From: an uncultured Rickettsiales bacterium | GTDB lineage: Bacteria; Pseudomonadota; Alphaproteobacteria; Rickettsiales; UBA1997 | DNA length: 46,191 bases | Direction: 5' to 3' | Assembly: GCA_944391005.1 (NCBI GenBank) | Contig: CALXSB010000118.1 | Coordinates: 1 to 46,191 of the forward strand | Part shown: positions 9,588 through 18,166 of the stretch, piece after piece | How the letters are laid out: every line of letters begins with the position of its first letter | Numbering within the stretch: the first letter of the stretch is position 1 | The notes under the pieces: generated by a model | Told to the model about the DNA's origin: nothing | What the model saw: the letters and a program-made list of their open reading frames with translations, nothing else | Database searches by the model: none | Position numbers and translations under genes: made by a program

Positions 9588-10483
9588 TATTGTATTTTGT
9601 TAATAAAATTTTCTAGTTCCTCAAAAGAGTTGTAGTTAATAACTATCTTACCTTTGTTATTTTTGCTGTTAAACTGTATTTTTGATTTTAATTTAAGCTT
9701 GTTTGATAAATTATCCTCAATCTTTTTAAAATACTCCTTATTTATCATATCAATTTGAGCTTTTTTAATTTTATTTTTTAAGTTAGCTTTTTTATTATTA
9801 TAGTCTCTAACTAATTGTTCTGTTTCACGAACACTCAAATTATGTTCTATAATCATGTGGGCTATTTCTACGGCTTTATCACAATTAATTAAGGCTCTTG
9901 CATGTCCCATATCAATTTCTTTTTTGTAAAGCATTTCCTTAACTTCATCAGGCAAATCAAGAAGTCTAACTATGTTTGCTACATGGCTTCTGCTTTTTCC
10001 AACAAAGTTTGCTACATCTTGTTGGGTATAATTAAAATCTTTAATTAATGAGTAGTAAGCTTCTGCTTCTTCCATAACTGATAGATCGCTTCTTTGAATA
10101 TTTTCAATAATTGCTAAGCTTAATGCATCTTTATCGCTAAATTCTTTAATTATTGCCGGCACCACTTCTAATCCAATTAATTTTGCGGCTCTGTATCTTC
10201 TTTCTCCTGCAATAATTTCAAACATTGATAAGTCTTCAGCTAATTTTCTAACTACAATTGGTTGCAGAATTCCATATTCTTTTATAGATAAAGATAAATC
10301 TTTTAATTCATCCTCATTAAAATATTTTCTTGGTTGAAATCTATTCGGTTTTAGCAAATCTATTTTTAATTTTTGAACTTTATCAGCATTTAAATCAATA
10401 GCCATTAAATCGCTATTTAGATTTAATTTTTTTTCTCCTAATAGTGAACTTAATCCTCTTCCCAATTTATTTGTAGTGCTCAT
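9587..10483 (-). CDS. parB: Chromosome partitioning protein ParB
   Basis: N-terminal LGRGLSSLLG, ParB box IIAGERRYRAAKL, and HTH segment QQDVANFVGKSRSHVANIVRLL. Confidence 0.92.
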   Translation of the reverse strand: MSTTNKLGRGLSSLLGEKKLNLNSDLMAIDLNADKVQKLKIDLLKPNRFQPRKYFNEDELKDLSLSIKEYGILQPIVVRKLAEDLSMFEIIAGERRYRAAKLIGLEVVPAIIKEFSDKDALSLAIIENIQRSDLSVMEEAEAYYSLIKDFNYTQQDVANFVGKSRSHVANIVRLLDLPDEVKEMLYKKEIDMGHARALINCDKAVEIAHMIIEHNLSVRETEQLVRDYNNKKANLKNKIKKAQIDMINKEYFKKIEDNLSNKLKLKSKIQFNSKNNKGKIVINYNSFEELENFINKIQ

Positions 10484-10536
10484 GTTTTACTAAAAATTTA
10501 AGACTTAAATAGAGTATAAAATAAAAATATTATTTT

Positions 10537-11130
10537 TCAATTATTATTATATTTATAGTTTTTTAAAATTTTTTCTAGTTCCTTATTATCAAATGTTATA
10601 TTGGCTATTCTACAAAAATCTTCTTTAGATATTCCATATTGTTGTTTGTATAGAATATCAACGCTTCCAAAATATGCTTCTGTTTCAAAATTAAATCCTA
10701 ATTTGTTTGCATAGTATTTTACTATATCTTCACTTAGAGCTTCAATTTCTATATAGCTTTGTAAAAACGGCCATGTATCTATTACAACTTCCGCATCTTG
10801 GTTTGACCATATTTCTCTAAAATTCTCCTGATAGGATCTTTCTTTAAAATTTGTTTGATCTAGCATCTCAGATGCCTTATCAAAGTCATTTACAATAATT
10901 TCTATTTCATTAACGCCATTAATTGATTTATCAACTATGTTCTTATAGGTCATGGTTATCTTATCACCTTCATCTCTAACTCTAAACCATTTTCCATTTG
11001 CTTCAGAATCAAATGTTTTTCTTTTCATTAAAAATTCTTTTTTAATTAAATTAAAATTTAAAGATGATAATTTTCTTCTTATTTCTTCTTTATTATCTAT
11101 AAAAAATTTTGCTTCTATTTCTTTATTCAT
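10537..11130 (-). CDS. CYTH-domain protein (CyaB / thiamine-triphosphatase-like)
   Basis: N-terminal EIEAKF (the ExExK signature of CYTH) and a size of about 190 aa. Confidence 0.75.
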   Translation of the reverse strand: MNKEIEAKFFIDNKEEIRRKLSSLNFNLIKKEFLMKRKTFDSEANGKWFRVRDEGDKITMTYKNIVDKSINGVNEIEIIVNDFDKASEMLDQTNFKERSYQENFREIWSNQDAEVVIDTWPFLQSYIEIEALSEDIVKYYANKLGFNFETEAYFGSVDILYKQQYGISKEDFCRIANITFDNKELEKILKNYKYNNN

Positions 11131-11237
11131 ATTATAAAGTATTAAAAACTATATTTATACTAATTTTTATAAATAAAAATTCAATAAAATAAATTAAAGT
11201 CTATATATTAACAACATAGCTTCATAAAACAAAAAGC

Positions 11238-11266
11238 TTGACTAATTAATTATACAATTATAGATT
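11238..11266 (+). promoter_or_regulatory. Candidate sigma70 promoter for psd-pssA
   Basis: TTGACT (11238-11243), 17-nt spacer, TAGATT (11261-11266), about 30 nt before the psd ATG. Chance matches are common in AT-rich DNA. Confidence 0.3.
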
Positions 11267-11296
11267 TATAACATAAAAAATAAAGAAATAAAATAT

Positions 11297-11986
11297 ATGT
11301 CAGACTTAAAAGATGCATTAAACAGAGTTATAGTTCCAATCAATAAAGAAGGTTATTTTGTTATAGCAGTTAGCTGTGTTATAACATTTTTATTATTTAT
11401 TATAAATTGTTTTTTAGGTGAAATTGGACTTGTTTTGACTTTATTTATAGTTTATTTTTTTAGGGATCCAGTTAGATATTCTCCAGACGATCCAAATGTA
11501 GTTTTAGCTGCTGCCGATGGAACGGTTGATGTAATTGAAAATGTAGAAGCACCAAAAGAACTAGGACTAAATTCAAAAACAAAATATCAAAGAGTTAGTA
11601 TATTTTTAAGCACATTTAACGTTCATGTTCAAAGAATTCCAATGTCTGGCAAAATAGAAAAATTAGAATATATACAAGGAAAATTTTTAAATATCACTAA
11701 TGATAAATATCATGAAGATAATGAAAGACAAATATGTTTAATGAAGACTAAACAAGGTTTTGATATAATATTTGTTCAAATAGCAGGCATGGTTGCTAGA
11801 AGAATAGTTTGCAATCTAAAAGAAGGTCAAGATGTAAGTGCTGGTGAACAATTCGGCTGCATAAAATTCGGTAGTAGAGTTGATATATATTTGCCAAAAG
11901 AAGTTGAATTAAAAGTGAAGGTTGGACAAACCATGATTGCTGGCGAAACAGTAATAGGTATTGTTAATAATAAAAATAATAAATAA
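11297..11986 (+). CDS. psd: Phosphatidylserine decarboxylase proenzyme
   Basis: FFRDPVR, FLSTFNVHVQRIPMSG, and the FGSRVD self-cleavage (G-S) motif near the C-terminus. Confidence 0.92.
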   Translation: MSDLKDALNRVIVPINKEGYFVIAVSCVITFLLFIINCFLGEIGLVLTLFIVYFFRDPVRYSPDDPNVVLAAADGTVDVIENVEAPKELGLNSKTKYQRVSIFLSTFNVHVQRIPMSGKIEKLEYIQGKFLNITNDKYHEDNERQICLMKTKQGFDIIFVQIAGMVARRIVCNLKEGQDVSAGEQFGCIKFGSRVDIYLPKEVELKVKVGQTMIAGETVIGIVNNKNNK

Positions 11987-11994
11987 TAGGTTGT

Positions 11995-12771
11995 ATGATG
12001 AAAATGAAAAAAAATAAAGATGGACAATTAGATTTTATAAAGTTCGTTCCAACAATGTTATCTTTATTGGCTTTATGTTGTGGTGTTTCTGCAATTAGAT
12101 ATTCTTTTTCTGGATATTTTATGTTTGCAGTATCTTTACTTTTATTTGCTTGTTTTTTAGATGGAATTGATGGAAGAGTTGCAAGATTTTTAAATGTTTC
12201 TAGTAGCTTTGGAGCTGAAATGGATTCATTGGCCGATTTAGTTAATTTTGGTGTAGCTCCTGGGTTTATAGTTTATTGTTGGAAAATGAATGAAATTGAA
12301 TTTAATGGTATTGCTTGGTTTGCGGTTATGTTATTGGCTTGTTGTATGGCAATTAGACTTGCAAGATTTAATGTTGACTTAACAACAAAAGATCAAAATG
12401 ATCCATTAGTAAAATATTTTTTTAAGGGTGTTCCAGCACCTGCTGCTGCTGGTTTAGTAATATTTCCTTTAATATTGAATTTTAAATTTGGACATGGCTT
12501 TTGGGTTGAACCAATTTTTGTAGCAATAAATACTTTAGTTGTTGCCCTATTAGCTGGAAGCACTTTGCCAACGCCATGCTTTAAAAAAATTAAAATAAAA
12601 CCACAATACAAAAATGTTGTTTTAATTGTTGCTGCAATGTTTGCTGTATTATTTGTATCTAGTCCATGGTTAGCCTTTTCTGTCCTTGGATTTTTATATA
12701 TATTGAGCATTATTGCAGGTATTTTTGTTTATTTATATTTTAAAAAAGAAAAAAATAATCATGTCAAATAG
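11995..12771 (+). CDS. pssA: CDP-diacylglycerol--serine O-phosphatidyltransferase
   Basis: CDP-alcohol phosphatidyltransferase motif DGIDGRVARFLNVSSSFGAEMDSLADLV, with multiple TM helices. Confidence 0.9.
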   Translation: MMKMKKNKDGQLDFIKFVPTMLSLLALCCGVSAIRYSFSGYFMFAVSLLLFACFLDGIDGRVARFLNVSSSFGAEMDSLADLVNFGVAPGFIVYCWKMNEIEFNGIAWFAVMLLACCMAIRLARFNVDLTTKDQNDPLVKYFFKGVPAPAAAGLVIFPLILNFKFGHGFWVEPIFVAINTLVVALLAGSTLPTPCFKKIKIKPQYKNVVLIVAAMFAVLFVSSPWLAFSVLGFLYILSIIAGIFVYLYFKKEKNNHVK

Positions 12772-13492
12772 TCCATTAAAAATTATAGATTTAAAAAAAC
12801 ATTTTGGAGATCATGTTGTTCTTGATGGTATAAATTTTGAGCTTAAGCAAAATGAAATATTTGGCTTGATAGGTTTAAATGGTGCTGGAAAAACAACATT
12901 AATAAAAATAATTCTTGATTTATTAAACGCTGATAGCGGAAATATTGAAATTTCTGGCATAGCTTCAACTTTAACAAAAAGTAGGGAAAAGTTAAGATAT
13001 TTACCTGAAAAATTTCAAGCATCCTCAATGTTAAAAGGACTAGAATTTTTAAAAATATTTAATGGTTTTGATAAAACCTATAAGCCAACTAATCAGGACT
13101 TAGAAAAAGAAATTTTTAGACTTGCAGACCTTTTATCTTTAAACAAAGATGCTTTAAATTTACGTGTTTCAAAATATTCTAAAGGTATGACTCAAAAACT
13201 TGGCTTGATATCAACATTTTTAGGCGATTCAAACCTTGTTATATTAGATGAACCAATGAGTGGTTTGGACCCAAAGGCTAGAATATATTTAAAAAATTTA
13301 CTTTTAGAAAGTAAAAAACAAAACAAAAGTGTGTTTTTTAGTTCGCATATTTTATCAGATATTGATGAAATATGTGATAGAATTGGAATTTTATGTAATG
13401 GTAAAATTTGTTTTATTGGCACACCAGAAGAATTAAAACAAAAGCACTCAGAGTCATCTCTTGAAAAAGCTTTTCTAAAAGAAATAATGTAA
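12761..13492 (+). CDS. ABC transporter ATP-binding protein (no permease gene adjacent)
   Basis: Start trimmed to the ATG at 12761 (MSNSPLKIIDL), which overlaps the pssA end by 11 nt. Walker A GLNGAGKTT, signature-like YSKGMTQKL, Walker B LVILDEPMSGLD, and H-loop SSHIL. Confidence 0.85.
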   Translation: MSNSPLKIIDLKKHFGDHVVLDGINFELKQNEIFGLIGLNGAGKTTLIKIILDLLNADSGNIEISGIASTLTKSREKLRYLPEKFQASSMLKGLEFLKIFNGFDKTYKPTNQDLEKEIFRLADLLSLNKDALNLRVSKYSKGMTQKLGLISTFLGDSNLVILDEPMSGLDPKARIYLKNLLLESKKQNKSVFFSSHILSDIDEICDRIGILCNGKICFIGTPEELKQKHSESSLEKAFLKEIM

Positions 13493-13516
13493 TTTTATTT
13501 TTAAATATAATGAATT

Positions 13517-13543
13517 AATAAGTTTATTTTTAATAAACTTATT
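13517..13543. terminator. Bidirectional intrinsic terminator hairpin
   Basis: Perfect 12-bp stem, aataagtttatt with aataaacttatt, and a 3-nt loop. It lies between the convergent ABC ATPase gene and mnmE. Confidence 0.6.
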
Positions 13544-13544
13544 T

Positions 13545-14873
13545 TTACTTTCCAATACAAAATTTAGAAAAAATATTATCTAAAATTTCTTCTGAATTAA
13601 TTTTACCAGTAATTTTACCAATACATTCAGCAGCCATTCTTATATTTTCTGCATTTATTTCAATAGGCAAAGAAAAATTAAACATTTGCAAGTAATTTAA
13701 GGCATTTATTAATTCGTGTCTATATCTTTCATTTGTTATTGTAGTGTCAAGATTTGGAGATACAATTGATTCTAATTTATTTTGTAGTTTTTTTATAAAT
13801 ATATCTAGATTTGTTTTATTTGTTAATGAAATTTCTATAATTTGATCACTTTTAAAATTAAATTCTTTTAAATTAATTTTCTTGTTGAGATCAATTTTAT
13901 TTAATAAAATTATTGTATTATCATCCACTAATTCTAATATTTTTTTGTTTATTTTTAGATTGTCAACTGATATAACTAATATTTTTAAATCGGCTATTTT
14001 TGCTTTTTCTATTGCTCTTTTTACACCCTCGTTTTCTATTATATCTTCAGTTTCTCTAATGCCAGCAGTGTCATATAAAATAACAGGTATTCCATTTATA
14101 TCAAGATTGACTTCTAAAACGTCTCTTGTTGTTCCAGCAATATTTGAAACTATAGCAACATCACGTTTTGATAAGTAATTTAAAAGTGTTGATTTTCCAG
14201 AGTTTGGCTCGCCAATTATTGCTATATGAAATCCGTCTCTTATTTTTTCACCAACTCTATTGTCATTTAGATTTTGATTTATTGTATTTATTATATTTTG
14301 TATTTTTTCATTTATTTCGTTTTCTAGATCTTGAGGAATTTCTTCTTCAGGAAAATCAATAAATGCTTCAATTATTGATAAAACTTCAACTATTTTTTCT
14401 CTTAAATGGTTATAAAAATTAGAGTTTTTACCCTGCAGCTGATTTATTGCTAGTTTATGTTGCAGTTCTGTTTCAGACCTTACTAAATCTGCTATTGATT
14501 CGGCTTGCATTAAATCAATTTTTCCATTTAGGAATGCTCTTTTTGAAAATTCACCGCGTTCAGCGAGTCTTACATTTTCCACTGATAATAATATTTTTAT
14601 TACTTTTGCTATTATATAGCTAGAACAATGCAAGTTTAATTCAACTATATCTTCTCCAGTAAAGCTATTTGGTCCCTTAAAATATATTACTAAAGCTTCA
14701 TCCAATGGTTGATTTTTATCATCTTTTAAAACACAGAGAGTTGCTTCTCTGTGTTTTAACTGTTTTGTTATACCAAGTTTTTTTATACACTCATTAACTT
14801 TTTTGCCGGAAATTCTTATAACATAAATACTACAATTTCCCTTTAAAGTTAATGGTGCAAAAATTGTATCCAT
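13545..14873 (-). CDS. mnmE: tRNA modification GTPase MnmE (TrmE)
   Basis: G1 motif GEPNSGKSTLLN, DTAGIR, NKIDL, and the diagnostic C-terminal FCIGK. Confidence 0.95.
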   Translation of the reverse strand: MDTIFAPLTLKGNCSIYVIRISGKKVNECIKKLGITKQLKHREATLCVLKDDKNQPLDEALVIYFKGPNSFTGEDIVELNLHCSSYIIAKVIKILLSVENVRLAERGEFSKRAFLNGKIDLMQAESIADLVRSETELQHKLAINQLQGKNSNFYNHLREKIVEVLSIIEAFIDFPEEEIPQDLENEINEKIQNIINTINQNLNDNRVGEKIRDGFHIAIIGEPNSGKSTLLNYLSKRDVAIVSNIAGTTRDVLEVNLDINGIPVILYDTAGIRETEDIIENEGVKRAIEKAKIADLKILVISVDNLKINKKILELVDDNTIILLNKIDLNKKINLKEFNFKSDQIIEISLTNKTNLDIFIKKLQNKLESIVSPNLDTTITNERYRHELINALNYLQMFNFSLPIEINAENIRMAAECIGKITGKINSEEILDNIFSKFCIGK

Positions 14874-14876
14874 TTA

Positions 14877-15533
14877 CTATTGATTCATTGTATTTTCTTG
14901 AACTTTTTGAGGTGTATTATTATTTATTTGTTGTTGAACCTGTTGTTGAACCTGTTGTTGAGTGTTTAAATTTGGCTGTGCTTGATTATTGTTTGTTATA
15001 ACTGGCTGTTCAACTGTTGTTTGAGTTTGATCTTGACTATTGTTATTATTTGTTGGATTTTGAACAGTATTATTTTGAGGATTCTGATTATTAGTATTCA
15101 TTTCTGTTGTTAAATTCATAGGTTCTACAGTATGAACCGAATTGTCCATGGCATCATTTGAAGTTGGCATTTGATCTTCTTCAATAAATACTCCGATTTC
15201 ATCATTTCCTATATTATCCATTGGTTCAATTACATTAATATCTTCAAAATCTGGATTATCAATATTTTTTACCTCATTTTTTTCTTCTTCTGTCAAAGGT
15301 CTATCTTCATGAGTTAAAGGTTGTCTTTCTTCCTCCATGTCGTGCCTGTCCATAACTCTATAAATCTCTTCTTTAGTGTCGTTAAAAGCTTTATCCATTT
15401 CGTCCTTTATTACGAGTTCATCATCATGTAAATTGCCAACATCTCCTTTAAAAGAACCGGAGAATTTAACACCTAATGCAAAGGCAAAAGCTATAATAAC
15501 AACAAATAATACAAATTTTAAAAACTTAATCAT
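14877..15533 (-). CDS. Membrane-anchored hypothetical protein with an acidic middle and a Gln/Asn-rich tail
   Basis: N-terminal TM helix (FVLFVVIIAFAFALGV), an acidic segment, then NQNPQNNTVQNPTNNNNSQDQTQ...QQQVQQQVQQQ. It lies 3 nt upstream of mnmE on the same strand. Confidence 0.55.
   Translation of the reverse strand: MIKFLKFVLFVVIIAFAFALGVKFSGSFKGDVGNLHDDELVIKDEMDKAFNDTKEEIYRVMDRHDMEEERQPLTHEDRPLTEEEKNEVKNIDNPDFEDINVIEPMDNIGNDEIGVFIEEDQMPTSNDAMDNSVHTVEPMNLTTEMNTNNQNPQNNTVQNPTNNNNSQDQTQTTVEQPVITNNNQAQPNLNTQQQVQQQVQQQINNNTPQKVQENTMNQ
14931..14962. repeat. 12-nt tandem repeat (ttgttgaacctg, about 2.6 copies) inside the Q/N-rich gene
   Basis: Direct reading gives 14931-14942 identical to 14943-14954, then a partial copy. 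It encodes QQVQQQVQQQ on the minus strand. Confidence 0.85.
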
Positions 15534-15694
15534 GGTATAAAAACAAATATTTAACTATCGTAAAAATAATTAATATTTTTTTAAATTGCAAGAAATTTGT
15601 ATTATGTATGTAATAAAAGTTTATATAAAAACTAATATTTTATAATAATTTTTATAATTAATTTATTATGCATAAAATTACCTATAAGTTATGC

Positions 15695-15722
15695 TTGACT
15701 ATAAAAATATTTTTCTTAAAAT
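15695..15722 (+). promoter_or_regulatory. Candidate sigma70 promoter for tyrS
   Basis: TTGACT (15695-15700), 16-nt spacer, TAAAAT (15717-15722), about 60 nt before the tyrS ATG. Confidence 0.35.
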
Positions 15723-15785
15723 CTAAAAGAATATTGAAATAATTTAGTAGAATAAATTATAGTTATTTAATTTTTATATTTTATT

Positions 15786-17048
15786 ATGAGCAATTTTAAG
15801 TCAAAATTTTTGCAGGAATGCGAAGCGAGAGGTTTTTTAAACCAATGCACTAATATTGAAGAATTGGACAAACAATTGTCTGAAGGTAAACCGGTTATAG
15901 CCTATTGGGGAACAGATCCAACAGGAGCTTCGTTGCACGTTGGCCATTTATTCTCTTTGATGATGATTAGACTTTTTCAAAAATGTGGAAATAAGCCAAT
16001 AATTCTAATAGGCGGTGCTACTGGACAAATTGGAGATCCAAGTGGAAAAGATAAATCTAGACCAATGATGAGCCTAGAAACTCTTAATAATAATAAAAAT
16101 GGCATTAAAAAATCTATTGAAAAATTTATAAAGTTTGGAGATGGAGAAACAGATGCAATATTGGTTGATAATTATGATTGGTGGAAAGACACTAATTATT
16201 TGAATTTGCTAAGAGAGATAGCACCACATATTTCTGTTAATAGAATGCTAACATTTGAATCTGTAAAACAAAGACTTGAAAAAGAAGACCACATGAGTTT
16301 TTTAGAATTTAACTATATGATTCTACAAAGTTATGACTTTTATCATCTATATAAAAACTATAATTGCACACTACAATTATGTGGTGGCGACCAATGGGGA
16401 AATGTTGTTGCAGGAGTTGAATTGGTTAGAAAATTACAGTTTGTAAAGGGTGATGTTGAAAAAGGCAAAAAGACAGAAGTTTTAGGTTTTTCAACTCCAC
16501 TATTGCTTGACGCAAATGGTAAAAAAGTTGGAAAATCAGAGGGTAATGCCATATGGATTAATGAAGATCTATTAAGTCCATACGAGTATTTTCAATATTT
16601 TAGAAATGTAAATGACAGAGATGTAATAAGATTTTTGAAAGTATATACAGATCTACCGACTGAAGAAATTAGCAAATTAGCGACACAGAACATAAACAAC
16701 ATAAATAATCTAAAAAAAATACTAGCCTTTGAAGCTACAAAATTATGCCATGGAGAAGAAAATGCTAAAAAAGCTATGGAGCAAGCTGAAAGTATTTTTG
16801 AAAATAATTCAATTGACAATTTGCCAAAACTTGAATACAAAATACAAAATGATGAAAAATCAATTTTTCAACTTTTAAAAAATTTAGAACTGGCACTATC
16901 CGGTGGTGAAGCAAAAAAATTAATTAGAGGCGGAGGTGTAAGGATTAACAATGAAAAGGTTGAAAATGAAAATCTTGACATATCTCAAATGAAAGAATTT
17001 AAATTGTCAGTTGGCAAGAAAAAGCATTTTTTAATAGTGATTAAATAG
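15786..17048 (+). CDS. tyrS: Tyrosine--tRNA ligase
   Basis: HIGH-type motif HVGHL, KMSKS-type motif KVGKS, and a C-terminal S4-like domain (GEAKKLIRGGGVRINNEKV). Confidence 0.95.
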   Translation: MSNFKSKFLQECEARGFLNQCTNIEELDKQLSEGKPVIAYWGTDPTGASLHVGHLFSLMMIRLFQKCGNKPIILIGGATGQIGDPSGKDKSRPMMSLETLNNNKNGIKKSIEKFIKFGDGETDAILVDNYDWWKDTNYLNLLREIAPHISVNRMLTFESVKQRLEKEDHMSFLEFNYMILQSYDFYHLYKNYNCTLQLCGGDQWGNVVAGVELVRKLQFVKGDVEKGKKTEVLGFSTPLLLDANGKKVGKSEGNAIWINEDLLSPYEYFQYFRNVNDRDVIRFLKVYTDLPTEEISKLATQNINNINNLKKILAFEATKLCHGEENAKKAMEQAESIFENNSIDNLPKLEYKIQNDEKSIFQLLKNLELALSGGEAKKLIRGGGVRINNEKVENENLDISQMKEFKLSVGKKKHFLIVIK

Positions 17049-17072
17049 AATTTATATTTAATTTAATTCATT

Positions 17073-17098
17073 GATATATTCTAAATATAGAATATATC
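17073..17098 (+). terminator. Intrinsic terminator after tyrS
   Basis: Perfect 11-bp stem, gatatattcta with tagaatatatc, and a 4-nt loop. A T-rich tract follows. Confidence 0.6.
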
Positions 17099-17115
17099 AT
17101 TGTTTTATATTTTTG

Positions 17116-17143
17116 TTGACTATTTAAAATAAAATTATATCAT
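17116..17143 (+). promoter_or_regulatory. Candidate sigma70 promoter for the LysR-type regulator
   Basis: TTGACT (17116-17121), 16-nt spacer, TATCAT (17138-17143), about 28 nt before the ATG. Confidence 0.35.
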
Positions 17144-17170
17144 TAAAAACAAGATATAAATAAGTGTTAT

Positions 17171-18166
17171 ATGGACTCTGATAAAATATATCAATTATAC
17201 TATAAAGATAATAATCCAATACAGCCAATTAAGGGTTTTTGTGCTGCTGTAGAAAATGATTGCGTTATCAGAAAAGCTGCTGAGAAAATTGGAGTTGAAC
17301 CTGCCACAATTTCAAAGCAAATAAAGGCATTAGAAAGAAAACTTGGTGTTGAATTACTTGAAAATAAAGATAATTCTGATAGAAAGGGCAGTAAATTAAA
17401 ATTAACAAAAGAAGGTGAAAAATTTTATGAGAAAGCTAAACCTATAATGATTGAATTAGATAAGTTGTTTTTAGAATATTCTCATGAAATGAATGTTATA
17501 AATGAGTCTTCTCTTAATATTGCTACAACATCATTTATGGTGCAAAAATTAGTAGATTTTATATATCTTTTTAAGAAAACTATAAGCGATCCAGAATCTA
17601 AAAATATTAATATAATTGCAATAAATCAAGAAGATGGGATAAAGATGCTATTAGATAAAAAAATTGACATTTTTATTTCAAATAGAGAGGAAGCAGTAAA
17701 ATTACCATATAATGTTGAATTTATCAAATTAACAGAATATATACCATATTTAGTATTATATAAAGGACATCCATTGGGAAATGTTAAATCTGAAAATATA
17801 ACTGTTGATGATCTTATAAATAGTGGTTTGGGTTTTAATTATGAAGAAATAACAATAAATACGTTAAAGGGATTAATTGATGACTACAATATAAAAAGTA
17901 AAGTATTAATTACGACATCAACAAATAATTTAGAAATACAAAAAACTTTTATTAGAAATCAAATGTGTGTCTGTATTATATTTAATATATTTTTAAACAA
18001 AGAAGATAGTAAATATTTTATATTTAAAAATATGAAAAAGCTTTTATCAAGTGGCAGCTATGGATATTATGTTCTAAAAAATAATAAAAAAGTATTCTTA
18101 CAAAATTTTATAGACTTTATAAAAAAAGAAAAAAATGTTATATTTGATAATAGTTATCTAGAATGA
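17171..18166 (+). CDS. LysR-family transcriptional regulator (divergent)
   Basis: N-terminal wHTH segment FCAAVENDCVIRKAAEKIGVEPATISKQIKALERKLGVELLE...LKLTKEGEKFYEKAKPI, followed by a substrate-binding-like domain of about 200 aa. Confidence 0.7.
   Translation: MDSDKIYQLYYKDNNPIQPIKGFCAAVENDCVIRKAAEKIGVEPATISKQIKALERKLGVELLENKDNSDRKGSKLKLTKEGEKFYEKAKPIMIELDKLFLEYSHEMNVINESSLNIATTSFMVQKLVDFIYLFKKTISDPESKNINIIAINQEDGIKMLLDKKIDIFISNREEAVKLPYNVEFIKLTEYIPYLVLYKGHPLGNVKSENITVDDLINSGLGFNYEEITINTLKGLIDDYNIKSKVLITTSTNNLEIQKTFIRNQMCVCIIFNIFLNKEDSKYFIFKNMKKLLSSGSYGYYVLKNNKKVFLQNFIDFIKKEKNVIFDNSYLE

Noticed and set aside
9822-9830. parS-like sequence TGTTTCACG inside parB
   Set aside because: Only one half of the 16-bp parS palindrome (TGTTTCACGTGAAACA) is present. 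The second half reads AACACTC, so it is not a credible ParB-binding site on its own.
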